From an uncultured Oscillospiraceae bacterium (GTDB taxonomy: Bacteria > Bacillota > Clostridia > Oscillospirales > Acutalibacteraceae), in the NCBI GenBank assembly GCA_900541905.1, contig UQLQ01000001.1:19759-83758 (forward strand): a stretch of 64,000 nucleotides of DNA. The letters run 5' to 3'. Position 1 is the first letter of the stretch, and every line of letters starts with the position of its first letter. Made by a program: the position numbers and the translations under genes. This document shows positions 18,520 to 27,967 of this stretch, one piece after another. A model generated the notes under the pieces. It did no database searches. It was given only the letters and a program-made list of their open reading frames with translations, and was not told the DNA's origin.

Positions 18520-19740
18520 TTATGTACGCTGTGCGGTTATGATGTAAACGGGATTTTGTCCCATCATCATATGGTATCTGCCCATGTGTTTTGCTTTCGA
18601 GATACAGGCTTGCATAATATCTAAAACAGGAAGTTCCAACTCTTTGCAACAGGTAATAAACTCTGTTAATGTTTCAATAGAAATAGCGGTTATGACAATG
18701 CGAACATCAGGATTTTTTTCCAAAAGCAAGGATAGAATCTCTTTCATATTACCCGATGAGCCGCCAATGAATACTTTATTGGGAGCAGGCAGTTCTTTGC
18801 AAATGTTGGGTGCTGTCCCACTGACAATGTTCATACAGTCAGCACCCAATTGAGCTTTATTTTGCTCCAACAGAGAAAGTGCCTCTGGATTCTTTTCAAC
18901 CGCATATACACAGCCGTGTGGAATTTGCAGTGCAATTTCAACCGCAACAGAACCGGTACCTGCGCCAATGTCGTACACAATATCATGAGGTTCCAATTGC
19001 AGTTTGGAAAGAGAAATACTGCGTACTTCACTTTTGGTCATGGGAACATTGCCGCGAATAAAAGATTCGTCAGGCAAACCATGGGTTACAATTTGGGACT
19101 GTGGATTTGTATGTTCGATTAACATCACGCTTAAAGCAGGAAATGACTGTTTTGCCAAAGTTTCAGCAGTACCTTTGACAATGGATTCATTTTCATAGGA
19201 TAAATTGCTTCCTACATAAACGGTAGCATCCTGCATTTGATATGCGCAAAGCTCTTTGCAGATGTTTTCCACAGAATAGGCTCCGCCTGTTAATAAAAAA
19301 GTTTTTTGGTTGGTGCGCACAGTGGAAATCCAGGGAGTTTCTCTTCCGTGCAGGCTGATAATAGTTACATCGTCCCAGGGAATTTGCAGTTTGGCACAGA
19401 AATAAGAAAGACTGCTGATTCCGCAGATATGCTTTATTTCGTATTCTTGCCCTTGTTCCCGATGTTTGAATTGATTGGTAAAACTTTTGGCGCCGCTGTA
19501 AAATCCTGTATCACCTGAAAATAAAAGACCAATGTTTTGATACTCCGGATGCTGTAAAATATAATCGCAAATTTCATTTGTTTTACAGGAAGCAAACGTA
19601 CTGCAAGTCACATGTGAAAAGGAAGACAGCATCCGTGAGGCGCCAATGAGCAAATCGCAGGATTCGATTGCGTGTTTCGCGGCGATAGTAAGGGTATCGG
19701 GATTACCAAGACCAATGCCGATACAAGTAATTTGTTTCAT
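18520..19740 (-). CDS. cbiET: Cobalt-precorrin-6B C5,C15-methyltransferase/decarboxylase (fused CbiE-CbiT, CobL-like)
   Basis: The N-terminal tetrapyrrole methylase (CbiE) is fused to a C-terminal SAM methyltransferase with a DIGAGTGS motif (CbiT). Confidence 0.85.
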   Translation of the reverse strand: MKQITCIGIGLGNPDTLTIAAKHAIESCDLLIGASRMLSSFSHVTCSTFASCKTNEICDYILQHPEYQNIGLLFSGDTGFYSGAKSFTNQFKHREQGQEYEIKHICGISSLSYFCAKLQIPWDDVTIISLHGRETPWISTVRTNQKTFLLTGGAYSVENICKELCAYQMQDATVYVGSNLSYENESIVKGTAETLAKQSFPALSVMLIEHTNPQSQIVTHGLPDESFIRGNVPMTKSEVRSISLSKLQLEPHDIVYDIGAGTGSVAVEIALQIPHGCVYAVEKNPEALSLLEQNKAQLGADCMNIVSGTAPNICKELPAPNKVFIGGSSGNMKEILSLLLEKNPDVRIVITAISIETLTEFITCCKELELPVLDIMQACISKAKHMGRYHMMMGQNPVYIITAQRT

Positions 19741-19764
19741 ACGTGATAACCTCCTGTTTGTGGG

Positions 19765-21048
19765 TTATATCTCATTGCAAAAAAAGTCGTTTGCAATGGA
19801 CAATACAGTATTGATTTCTTGTTCCGTGTGAGCGTTGGAAATAAACATTGCCTCAAATTGAGCGGGAGCAAGATAAATACCATGATTTAACATATATTGA
19901 AAGTATTTGGCATACAGAGAAGTGTCTGCTGTTTTTGCAGATGTATCATCGATAACCGATTGTTTTGTGAAGAACAAACAGTTTAAAGAGCCAATACCAT
20001 TTACTGTAAAGGGAAGCTCGGCTTCTTCTAAAATAGACTGAAAACCGTCTCGCAATTTGGTTCCCAGATGGTTGAGATGTTGATATATTTGAGGGTTTTC
20101 TTTTAATATGGTTAGCTGAGTAATACCTGCCGCCATTGCAACAGGATTGCCGCTTAATGTGCCTGCTTGATAAACAGGGCCAACAGGGGAAACGGTTTCC
20201 ATAATTTCACGTTTTCCTCCGTATGCACCCACAGGCATGCCTGCACCAATAATTTTTCCGTAGGTAGTAAGGTCAGGAGTCACTTGGAACCAGCCTTGAG
20301 CGCCGTCAACTCCCAAACGGAAACCAGTAATCACTTCATCAAAAATCAGCACGGAGTGATATTCGTCACATAGCGCGCGCAGCTGTTGCAAAAAATCAGC
20401 TTGAGGACATACAACGCCCATATTTGCCGCAACAGGTTCTATGATAACAGCGGCGATTTCGCTGGAATATGCTTCAAATAATTCACGAACACTGTCAATA
20501 TTGTTATAAATTGCGGTTAAAGTATCCTGTGCACAGCCTACAGGTACGCCTGCGCTGTCAGGAATCCCTGCTGTCATCACACCCGAACCTGCTTTTACCA
20601 GCATGGCATCTGAATGACCGTGATAACAGCCTGCAAACTTGATAATTTTATCTCTTTTGGTATAACCGCGTGCGGCACGAACAGCGCTCATGACTGCTTC
20701 CGTTCCCGAATTTACCATACGGATCATTTCAATCGACGGGACCATAGAAGTAATCAAATCGGCCATTTGTACTTCCAGTTCTGTTGACGCGCCAAAGCTC
20801 AATCCTTTTTTTGCCGTTTCTATGACAGCGTTGCATATTTCGGGGTGATTGTGTCCCAAAATCATTGGTCCCCATGAGCCGACAAAATCAATGTATTGGT
20901 TTCCGTCCACATCTTTTATGGAAGAGCCCTTTGCTTCCTGAATAAAACGAGGGGTACCGCCCACACTGCCGAATGCACGTACAGGGCTGTTTACACCGCC
21001 GGGAATCAATTGTTGCGCCAAAGCGAATAGTTGTTCTGAACGCATCAT
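19765..21048 (-). CDS. hemL: Glutamate-1-semialdehyde 2,1-aminomutase
   Basis: 427 aa, class III aminotransferase, with the HemL N-terminus ...LIPGGVNSPVRAF. Confidence 0.92.
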   Translation of the reverse strand: MMRSEQLFALAQQLIPGGVNSPVRAFGSVGGTPRFIQEAKGSSIKDVDGNQYIDFVGSWGPMILGHNHPEICNAVIETAKKGLSFGASTELEVQMADLITSMVPSIEMIRMVNSGTEAVMSAVRAARGYTKRDKIIKFAGCYHGHSDAMLVKAGSGVMTAGIPDSAGVPVGCAQDTLTAIYNNIDSVRELFEAYSSEIAAVIIEPVAANMGVVCPQADFLQQLRALCDEYHSVLIFDEVITGFRLGVDGAQGWFQVTPDLTTYGKIIGAGMPVGAYGGKREIMETVSPVGPVYQAGTLSGNPVAMAAGITQLTILKENPQIYQHLNHLGTKLRDGFQSILEEAELPFTVNGIGSLNCLFFTKQSVIDDTSAKTADTSLYAKYFQYMLNHGIYLAPAQFEAMFISNAHTEQEINTVLSIANDFFCNEI

Positions 21049-22031
21049 TATCCAATTCTCCCTTCGTCCATAAATTTTGCCAGTTCTTTTGCATGGTAAG
21101 AAATCAAAATAGTTGCGCCTGCACGATAAATACCAACGGCCGTTTCACAAATCATGGCGTCTCTGTCTACCAGACCTGCACTCGCGGCAGCCTCAATCAT
21201 GGCGTATTCGCCGCTGACGCTGTAAGCGGCAATAGGAACATGAAATTGATTGGCTGTTTCACGTACAATGTCCAAGTAAGACATAGCCGGTTTTACCATA
21301 ATGATGTCAGCTCCATGCGCGATGTCCTGTTCCGCTTTTTTGAGCGCTTCTTTGCGATTATGATAATCCATTTGATAGGTCTTTCTGTCTCCAAATGCAG
21401 GAGCGGAGCCTGCCGCGTCACGGAATGGACCGTAGAAAGCGGAAGCGTATTTTACAGTATAAGACATGATTGGTGTGTAGGTATAGCCATGTTTATCCAG
21501 CTCATGACGCAGTGCTAAAATACGTCCGTCCATCATATCGGAGGGCGCCACCATATCGGCGCCTGCTTGTACATGGGACAACGCCGTTTTTGCCAGTACA
21601 GGTAAGGTGCTGTCGTTATCTACGGTTTCACCGCAGAGCATTCCGCAATGACCGTGAGAAGTATATTCGCATAAGCAGACGTCAGTAATATAATATAAGT
21701 TTGGAAATTCTTTTTTTGCAAGCTGCAAAGCGGTTTGAATGACACCGTCTTGCGCATAAGCGCCGGAAGCATAAGCATCTTTATGATTTGGAATACCAAA
21801 TAGCATGACACTATGAATGCCTATGTTTGAAAGGTGTTCCAGTTCAAACAATAGGGCGTCGGGAGAATAACGATATTGTCCCTGCATGGAAGGAATCTCT
21901 TCTTTGATATTGGTTCCTTCTTTTACAAACATGGGATAAATCAGAGATGATTTGGAACAACGTGTCTCACGCACCATTTCTCTCAATATAGGGGTGCCTC
22001 TCAAACGTCGGCTTCTGTCCAATAAATCCAT
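21048..22031 (-). CDS. hemB: Porphobilinogen synthase (delta-aminolevulinic acid dehydratase)
   Basis: 327 aa, HemB family. Confidence 0.92.
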   Translation of the reverse strand: MDLLDRSRRLRGTPILREMVRETRCSKSSLIYPMFVKEGTNIKEEIPSMQGQYRYSPDALLFELEHLSNIGIHSVMLFGIPNHKDAYASGAYAQDGVIQTALQLAKKEFPNLYYITDVCLCEYTSHGHCGMLCGETVDNDSTLPVLAKTALSHVQAGADMVAPSDMMDGRILALRHELDKHGYTYTPIMSYTVKYASAFYGPFRDAAGSAPAFGDRKTYQMDYHNRKEALKKAEQDIAHGADIIMVKPAMSYLDIVRETANQFHVPIAAYSVSGEYAMIEAAASAGLVDRDAMICETAVGIYRAGATILISYHAKELAKFMDEGRIG

Positions 22032-22032
22032 A

Positions 22033-23535
22033 TCAGATACGCTCCTTTTTTGCTGTTTCGGTTTCTACGATGATTTGTACAAGACTGTCAATGGTAGCTT
22101 CCTTTGCTATGATACAATTTACAAATCCAAGTTTTTTGGCCTCATCGGCGGTTTGATTTCCAATACAATAAGCACGCAGATGTGTAAACGATTGATTTTG
22201 CATGGCATTGCAAAATCCTCTAACCGTAGACGCGCTGGTAAATGCTACTGCATCGACATTCTCTAAAGAACAGGGAACAGGCGTTTCATAAACCGTGCGG
22301 TAGATGGGTAAATCAATATAAGAAATATTGTGACTTTCCAGTATTTCGGTCAAGCAAGGGGTTCCTTCCATGGCTCGGGGCAGCAGTACGGTTTCTCCCT
22401 GTTTTACATGTTGGACAAGTCCCTGTGCAAGCGCCTCTGCATTGTATATCTCAGGTATATAGTCGGTAAAAATGCCGTATGCTTCAATTGCTTTTTGAGT
22501 AGCACGTCCGATAGCGGCAAATTTTAAATGTGCTAATGTGCGGATATCTATGTGTTGCGCTTTTAAGCGCTGAAGAAAGACAGTCACGCCGGAAGCGCTG
22601 GTAAATACCAGCCAGTGTACTTGGTGCAGATGTTGTAGTTGATAGTCCAAAGCAGGATTTTCCACAATTTCTTCTGTGCGGATTGCAGGCAGTTCTATGA
22701 CATCCGCGCCCAAATCGCGCAGTTTTTTGGAAAAGGAGGAAATCAGCTGACGCGGTCTTGTTACAATGATGCGGCTTTGTCCCAAAGGACGTTGCTCTGC
22801 CCATGCAAATTGCTCTGTAAGAGTACAGACATTTCCTATTACAATAATGGCGGGTGCTTGAATATTTGCTTGCTTTGCTTTTTCAGGTAGTGTTTTTAAA
22901 TCTGCAACAACACGTCTTTGATGAGCAGTGGTACCCTGTTCCAAAATTGCGGCAGGTGTGTCAGATGATTTTCCTGCTTGCACCAAACCGCTGCAAATGT
23001 TGTCAAGAGCACTGAGTCCCATGAGAAATACAAGTGTACCTTCCAGTTGGGATAAGACAGTAAAATCCAAAAAATTGTTTTCATCTGCTTTTTTATGTCC
23101 TGTAATGATGTGAACAGAAGAAGCATAATTACGGTGAGTAACTGGAATGCCTGCATAGGCAGGGACAGAAACGGCAGAGGTTACGCCGGGTACTATTTCA
23201 AAGGGAATGTGGTGTTTTTTCAATAATTCCAACTCTTCTCCACCACGGCCGAACAAAAATGGGTCTCCGCCTTTTAGTCGAACCACATGATTTCCTTTTT
23301 GCGCTTCGCTTAACAACAGCAGGTTGATTTCTGTCTGAGGCATGGTATGATTGCCCGCACATTTGCCTACATTCATTTTTTGAGCAGAGTCCGGAATCAT
23401 ATTTAAAATGCCTGTTCCAACCAGTTTATCGTATAACACAACGTCTGCCTGCTCCAATACTTCTTTTCCTTTCAGCGTTAACAGTCCCGTATCTCCGGGA
23501 CCTGCGCCTACCAGCCATACTTTTCCTTGTTTCAT
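22033..23535 (-). CDS. cobA-hemD: Uroporphyrinogen-III C-methyltransferase fused to uroporphyrinogen-III synthase (CobA-HemD)
   Basis: N-terminal SUMT (VWLVGAGPGD) with a C-terminal HemD domain. 500 aa. Confidence 0.88.
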   Translation of the reverse strand: MKQGKVWLVGAGPGDTGLLTLKGKEVLEQADVVLYDKLVGTGILNMIPDSAQKMNVGKCAGNHTMPQTEINLLLLSEAQKGNHVVRLKGGDPFLFGRGGEELELLKKHHIPFEIVPGVTSAVSVPAYAGIPVTHRNYASSVHIITGHKKADENNFLDFTVLSQLEGTLVFLMGLSALDNICSGLVQAGKSSDTPAAILEQGTTAHQRRVVADLKTLPEKAKQANIQAPAIIVIGNVCTLTEQFAWAEQRPLGQSRIIVTRPRQLISSFSKKLRDLGADVIELPAIRTEEIVENPALDYQLQHLHQVHWLVFTSASGVTVFLQRLKAQHIDIRTLAHLKFAAIGRATQKAIEAYGIFTDYIPEIYNAEALAQGLVQHVKQGETVLLPRAMEGTPCLTEILESHNISYIDLPIYRTVYETPVPCSLENVDAVAFTSASTVRGFCNAMQNQSFTHLRAYCIGNQTADEAKKLGFVNCIIAKEATIDSLVQIIVETETAKKERI

Positions 23536-23539
23536 ATGC

Positions 23540-24422
23540 TTAGAGCCTGCCTTTCATTGTTTGTGCCAGCTGTTCTCCAAGCTGCGCAGCGTCTTCTGTA
23601 TTTCCTGTGATAGAATCAGTCACATATTCCCATTGATGTTCCTTTGCATATAATCCCGTTAGTTTTAATTCCGTTCCATGTATCTGTGCATATGCAGCAA
23701 TGGGGGAGGAACAACCTCCGTCTAATGTACGAACAAAAGCACGTTCTGCCAAAGCGGCATATTCGCTTTCTTTATTATGAATACAAGAAAGAAACGAAAC
23801 ATCTTCGTTCTTACGGCTTTGAACAGCCAAAATGCCTTGTCCTGCCGCGGGAATCATTTCGTCTGTGGAAAAATAGCGGCTGATGCGTTCAGACAATCCC
23901 ACGCTGTAATCCTGCGCCTGCCAATACCAAAGAAGAAAATTCTCCACGATCCAGTTTTTGTAATCTTGTAATGATATTGCCACGTACAGGCAGGCAATGG
24001 CAGGAAGGAAACAGCTTTTTTAACTGTATTTGTCTGCGAAAGCTGGAGGAACCCATTTGAGCGGTTATATCTTCAAAGTGTTGTTTTTGAGGTAATACCA
24101 ATACATCTCTGGGGTCGCCTCGTTTTGGAAGTGCGGTAATGGGAAACTCAGGATTTTCATCCATAGGCATATCTTTCAGGCTGTGGACACAGCAGTCAAT
24201 GCGACCTTCTGCTAATGCCATATCAAGTTCTTTTACAAACAGACCTTTGCCGCCGATTTTATCCAGTGTTTGATTTAAAATGACATCTCCTGTTGTTTTC
24301 ATGGTAACTAGTTCAAACTGAATTTCGGGGTGATATTTTGTAACAGCATGCATAATCAATTCTGTTTGCATAACGGCGAGTTTACTGTCACGACTGCCGA
24401 TACGGACAATACGTTTATTCAC
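23540..24422 (-). pseudogene. hemC: Hydroxymethylbilane synthase interrupted by a frameshift; it appears as two ORFs (23889..24422 and 23540..23983)
   Basis: The N-terminal 177 aa and the C-terminal 147 aa are both HemC-collinear. The frames switch between ...AGAGLQR and GLSERI at a GGG run near 23897-23905. Confidence 0.7.
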
Positions 24423-25668
24423 AGCAGGTTCCTTCTTCCTCTAAAAGTTGTGTTTTTATGTGGTCGATACGTTTGGCAATACGTCCGGCTTGTTTATGAT
24501 AAACACCGCTGGATGTAACACCAATGACAACATTGTCCTGTTGGACGACAGCTGGAAAGTAAAAATCACATAATTCTTTGCAATGGCACGCATTGACAGG
24601 AATATGATGTGTTTTGCATTCCATTACAATTGCTTCATTGACGGTGTGGTCGTTGGTAGCAGCCAGTACTATTTCAAAAGAATTACAATCGCCTGCTTGA
24701 TATGTACGGAAATAAGCTGCAATGCGTTTTTGTTCCGCATGTTGTCTTAGTGTATCTGTGCATTCAGGCGCTATCATAGTAATTTGACAGCCAAAGCGCA
24801 GCAGTGTTTGGATACGGCGTTGTGCAATGATACCGCCGCCCACAACCAAAATCCGTTTGTTTTTAATATTGCAGAAAAAAGGAAAATACGGAATCACATG
24901 TTTTTCTTTTTTCTGCAAGGTGAAATCCTGCACCAATTTTTGAATCAACTGTTCAAGTGAATAACCTGTTTCTTTTGTTGGGCGACCAATTACAATGGGG
25001 ATAACATTTGTATTTCTTGCCGCCTCCATTTTTTCGTCCAAACCGCCGTTGCTGCCGGAATCTTTTGTGACCATATATTTAGCGTTAATTTGCTTGAAAA
25101 GAGCCTTATTTAACTCAACCGTAAACGGTCCCTGCATACAAATCAAGTGTTTTCCTTGGAATCCTAATGCAATGCATTGTTCTACAACAGACGCCATAGG
25201 AAGAACGCGAGCGTATAAGCGTTCCTTAAAATGTTCAACAGCTGTGTAAGCAGCCAATTCTTTACTGCCTGTCGTAAGCAGTACAGCTCCGCTTGTTTGG
25301 TTTAAGTAAGAAATACATTCCTGCGTATTGGCTACAAATACGCAGTTTTCATATTCACTGTTTTCTCTCAGTAAGCGTAAATAGGGAACAGATTTATTTG
25401 TACAAGCAGATTGAATATTTTGTGTGACTTCCACCGCATAAGGGTGGGTAGCATCAACGACACAGTCAAATGCATGTGCAGTCAAAAAAGCTTCCATTTG
25501 CGTACCATTCATACGTTGTGCATGAATGGTAATTTGTTTGTTTTGAGGCAGTACTTCTTTTCCGTATTCTGTGGCAACACATGCGTGAATTTGAATGTGA
25601 TATTGGCATAATCGTTCAATCAATTGACGGCCTTCCGTGGTACCAGCAAAGATTAAAATCTGTTTCAT
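24415..25668 (-). CDS. cbiJ: Cobalt-precorrin-6A reductase (CbiJ) fused to a precorrin-2 dehydrogenase-type NAD-binding domain (SirC/CysG-N-like)
   Basis: Residues 1 to about 255 are CbiJ/CobK (IFAGTTEGRQL). Residues from about 270 to 417 carry KRILVVGGGIIAQRRIQTLLRFGCQITMIAPE, typical of the SirC/Met8 Rossmann domain. Confidence 0.75.
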   Translation of the reverse strand: MKQILIFAGTTEGRQLIERLCQYHIQIHACVATEYGKEVLPQNKQITIHAQRMNGTQMEAFLTAHAFDCVVDATHPYAVEVTQNIQSACTNKSVPYLRLLRENSEYENCVFVANTQECISYLNQTSGAVLLTTGSKELAAYTAVEHFKERLYARVLPMASVVEQCIALGFQGKHLICMQGPFTVELNKALFKQINAKYMVTKDSGSNGGLDEKMEAARNTNVIPIVIGRPTKETGYSLEQLIQKLVQDFTLQKKEKHVIPYFPFFCNIKNKRILVVGGGIIAQRRIQTLLRFGCQITMIAPECTDTLRQHAEQKRIAAYFRTYQAGDCNSFEIVLAATNDHTVNEAIVMECKTHHIPVNACHCKELCDFYFPAVVQQDNVVIGVTSSGVYHKQAGRIAKRIDHIKTQLLEEEGTCCE

Positions 25669-25865
25669 AGTTACGCTCCCTTCTGAATATTTTCAATATG
25701 TATATTTAGAAAACACATCTATTGTTTGTACTATCATTTTGTTAAAAATGATGATAGGGGAGAAATAGTGTTTCTGAAGTTTCGATGAATATGATTTGCA
25801 AAGAGCAGCAATAAAAAATACGATTTTTCATCTTTTCCATGCATTTGATTTTGTAAATTAAGAAA

Positions 25866-25992
25866 GTGATAAGAGAAATATGGCTTTGTCATATTTCCAA
25901 TGAACTAAATTTTGCAAAGCAAGAAAAATGATAAGAGAAATATGGCTTTGCCATATTTCCAATGAACTAAATTTTGCGAAGCAAAATTAAGT
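25866..25992. repeat. Two-copy tandem direct repeat of about 63 bp, each copy holding an 8 bp hairpin (GAAATATG-gctttgy-CATATTTC)
   Basis: Two near-identical units (...gataagagaaatatggctttgtcatatttccaatgaactaaattttgcaaagcaag...) lie in the 318 bp gap between cbiH and cbiJ. Confidence 0.85.
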
Positions 25993-26712
25993 TCTATAAC
26001 CGCGAGGAGTAACCATTTTTCTATTGATAACCTTAGTTTGAGAATTGCCGATGTAAACGGTAGTAAACATGTCTACCTTGGTAACGGCCAACTCTTTTAA
26101 AGTTAATAGTTGAGATGTTTGTCCCTCTCTGCCAATGTTTTTTACGTATCCGCACACAGTATCGGGGGATTGGTGTTCCATAATGATGCTGCATGCTTTT
26201 TCTAAATAATCACTTCTTTTTTTACTGGAAGGATTGTATAAACATATGACAAAATCCGCCTTTGCCGCGCTGTGAAGTCTTGTTTCAATTAACTCCCAAG
26301 GGGTAAGTAAGTCGCTGAGAGAGATAATTGCAAAGTCATGAATGAGCGGTGCGCCAAGAACTGCCGCCCCACTGCAAGCGGCTGTAATGCCGGGTATGAC
26401 TTCAATTTCAATGGGGGGATAGTTTGCGCTTAACTCATAGATAAGGCCTGCCATTCCGTAAACACCTGCATCTCCGCTGCATACCATGGAAACGGTTTTT
26501 CCTTTGACCGCTTCTTCAATTGCCATACGGCATCGGTCAACCTCCTGTTTCATGGGAGTAGTAAGAATTTCTTTTTCGTCTGTTAAGTGTTTGATTAATT
26601 CGATGTAAACTGTATATCCTGCAATGACATCGCTATCTGCAATGGCCGCCATTGCTTTTGGTGTTATTTGTGTTTGCTCTCCGGGTCCCAGTCCAATTAC
26701 ATATAATTTCAT
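25987..26712 (-). CDS. cbiH: Cobalt-factor III / precorrin-3B C17-methyltransferase
   Basis: The start was set at MKLYVIGLGPGE, which has an AAGGAGA RBS. Tetrapyrrole methylase family. Confidence 0.85.
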   Translation of the reverse strand: MKLYVIGLGPGEQTQITPKAMAAIADSDVIAGYTVYIELIKHLTDEKEILTTPMKQEVDRCRMAIEEAVKGKTVSMVCSGDAGVYGMAGLIYELSANYPPIEIEVIPGITAACSGAAVLGAPLIHDFAIISLSDLLTPWELIETRLHSAAKADFVICLYNPSSKKRSDYLEKACSIIMEHQSPDTVCGYVKNIGREGQTSQLLTLKELAVTKVDMFTTVYIGNSQTKVINRKMVTPRGYRT

Positions 26713-26722
26713 TACAATCTCC

Positions 26723-27967
26723 TTATGGTTTGGCATCTTCAGCTGATTTAACCAATGCTTCCATACAAACTTGAAAATAGTCCTGTGTTAAATGTTCTCG
26801 CAGTCCATAAAGCAATTTTGCAACAGCCTTGTTTGCGGCAGTATCAATGGTATCCTGCATGGCAATGGATTGTTCCTTCTGCAAACAGCAGTCTCTCAAA
26901 GATTTTGCCGTGCGAATGTGGACATCTTGCGCAACTGTTTTGCTGATAGATTGAATTGTAGGTACCCACTCACGGAACGCATACCAGTGTTCAAATTCTT
27001 GTTGGTGTTCTAACAAAATTTCTTTTGCGTACTGTATTTGTTCGATTGTTACAACAGATGGGGGTAAGGAAAGGTCGTCCATATCAAATAGTGACACGTT
27101 TGGAAGTTGTGTAACAGTATTGTCTATATCTCTCGGCATGGCAAGGTCAATAAAGATATGCGGTTGATGATCCAACACAGAAACCAAATCCTGTTTTTTT
27201 ATGGTTTGGTGAGGACTAAGTGTTGCACTAATCACTACACGAAACTGATTGATTCTTTCAATGCGCTCATCATAGTTCAGGACGCGGCAATTAGCAGGAA
27301 TCATAGCTTCTCGACTATGATGGTTGCGGAGTGTCATGGTCACTTTGCAGCCTTCTTTTTGTAATGCTGCAACAGCCAAGCGTCCCATTTCGCCATTGCC
27401 GATTACCAAGCATGGCAGCTGCTGCATAGGCAAATGGAGTTTATCCTTTAATAAGGCGACAGCTCCCAGTGCAACTGTGTGGTCGGCAGTTGTTAATTTT
27501 ACTTTTGTCTTTACTTCTTTTGCTGCGGTAATTGCAGTGCGAAACAATACTTCCAATACGGTATTTGTAGTACCGTTGATTCGTGCTGTGGAAAGTGCAT
27601 CTTTTACTTGTGATAATATTTGATCTTCGCCAAATATTTGAGAATGCAGTCCGCAGGTCAATTCCAATAAATAAGAAACAGCGATTGCCCCGGAACGCTC
27701 TATAAAAAATGACAGATATTGTTCTACAGGTACTTGCAAAGCATCGCATAATATGGCAGTTGGAGATAGGGAAGAAAGCACTGCTTCGGAAGCAGAAATC
27801 CAAAGTTCGGTTCGATTGCAGGTAGAAAGGATGATACAGCCGTCCAGTTGATAGGTTTGCAGAATGAATTGTTCCAATTCCTGAATTTTGGAGGGAACAA
27901 GAGAAAAAGCTTCGCGTTCTTCCACAGAAGCTTTTGTATAGTCAATACACGTGGTTTTAAGATTCAA
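26723..27967 (-). CDS. hemA: Glutamyl-tRNA reductase
   Basis: HemA signature STCNRTE and an NAD-binding domain. A probable TTG start (GGAGGG RBS) overlaps the cbiG 3' end. The ORF-track entry (26723..28033) also begins with TTG. Confidence 0.8.
   Translation of the reverse strand: MNLKTTCIDYTKASVEEREAFSLVPSKIQELEQFILQTYQLDGCIILSTCNRTELWISASEAVLSSLSPTAILCDALQVPVEQYLSFFIERSGAIAVSYLLELTCGLHSQIFGEDQILSQVKDALSTARINGTTNTVLEVLFRTAITAAKEVKTKVKLTTADHTVALGAVALLKDKLHLPMQQLPCLVIGNGEMGRLAVAALQKEGCKVTMTLRNHHSREAMIPANCRVLNYDERIERINQFRVVISATLSPHQTIKKQDLVSVLDHQPHIFIDLAMPRDIDNTVTQLPNVSLFDMDDLSLPPSVVTIEQIQYAKEILLEHQQEFEHWYAFREWVPTIQSISKTVAQDVHIRTAKSLRDCCLQKEQSIAMQDTIDTAANKAVAKLLYGLREHLTQDYFQVCMEALVKSAEDAKP

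Noticed and set aside
25866-25992. CRISPR array
   Set aside because: There are only two repeat units, directly abutting with no spacers, and no cas genes in the window.
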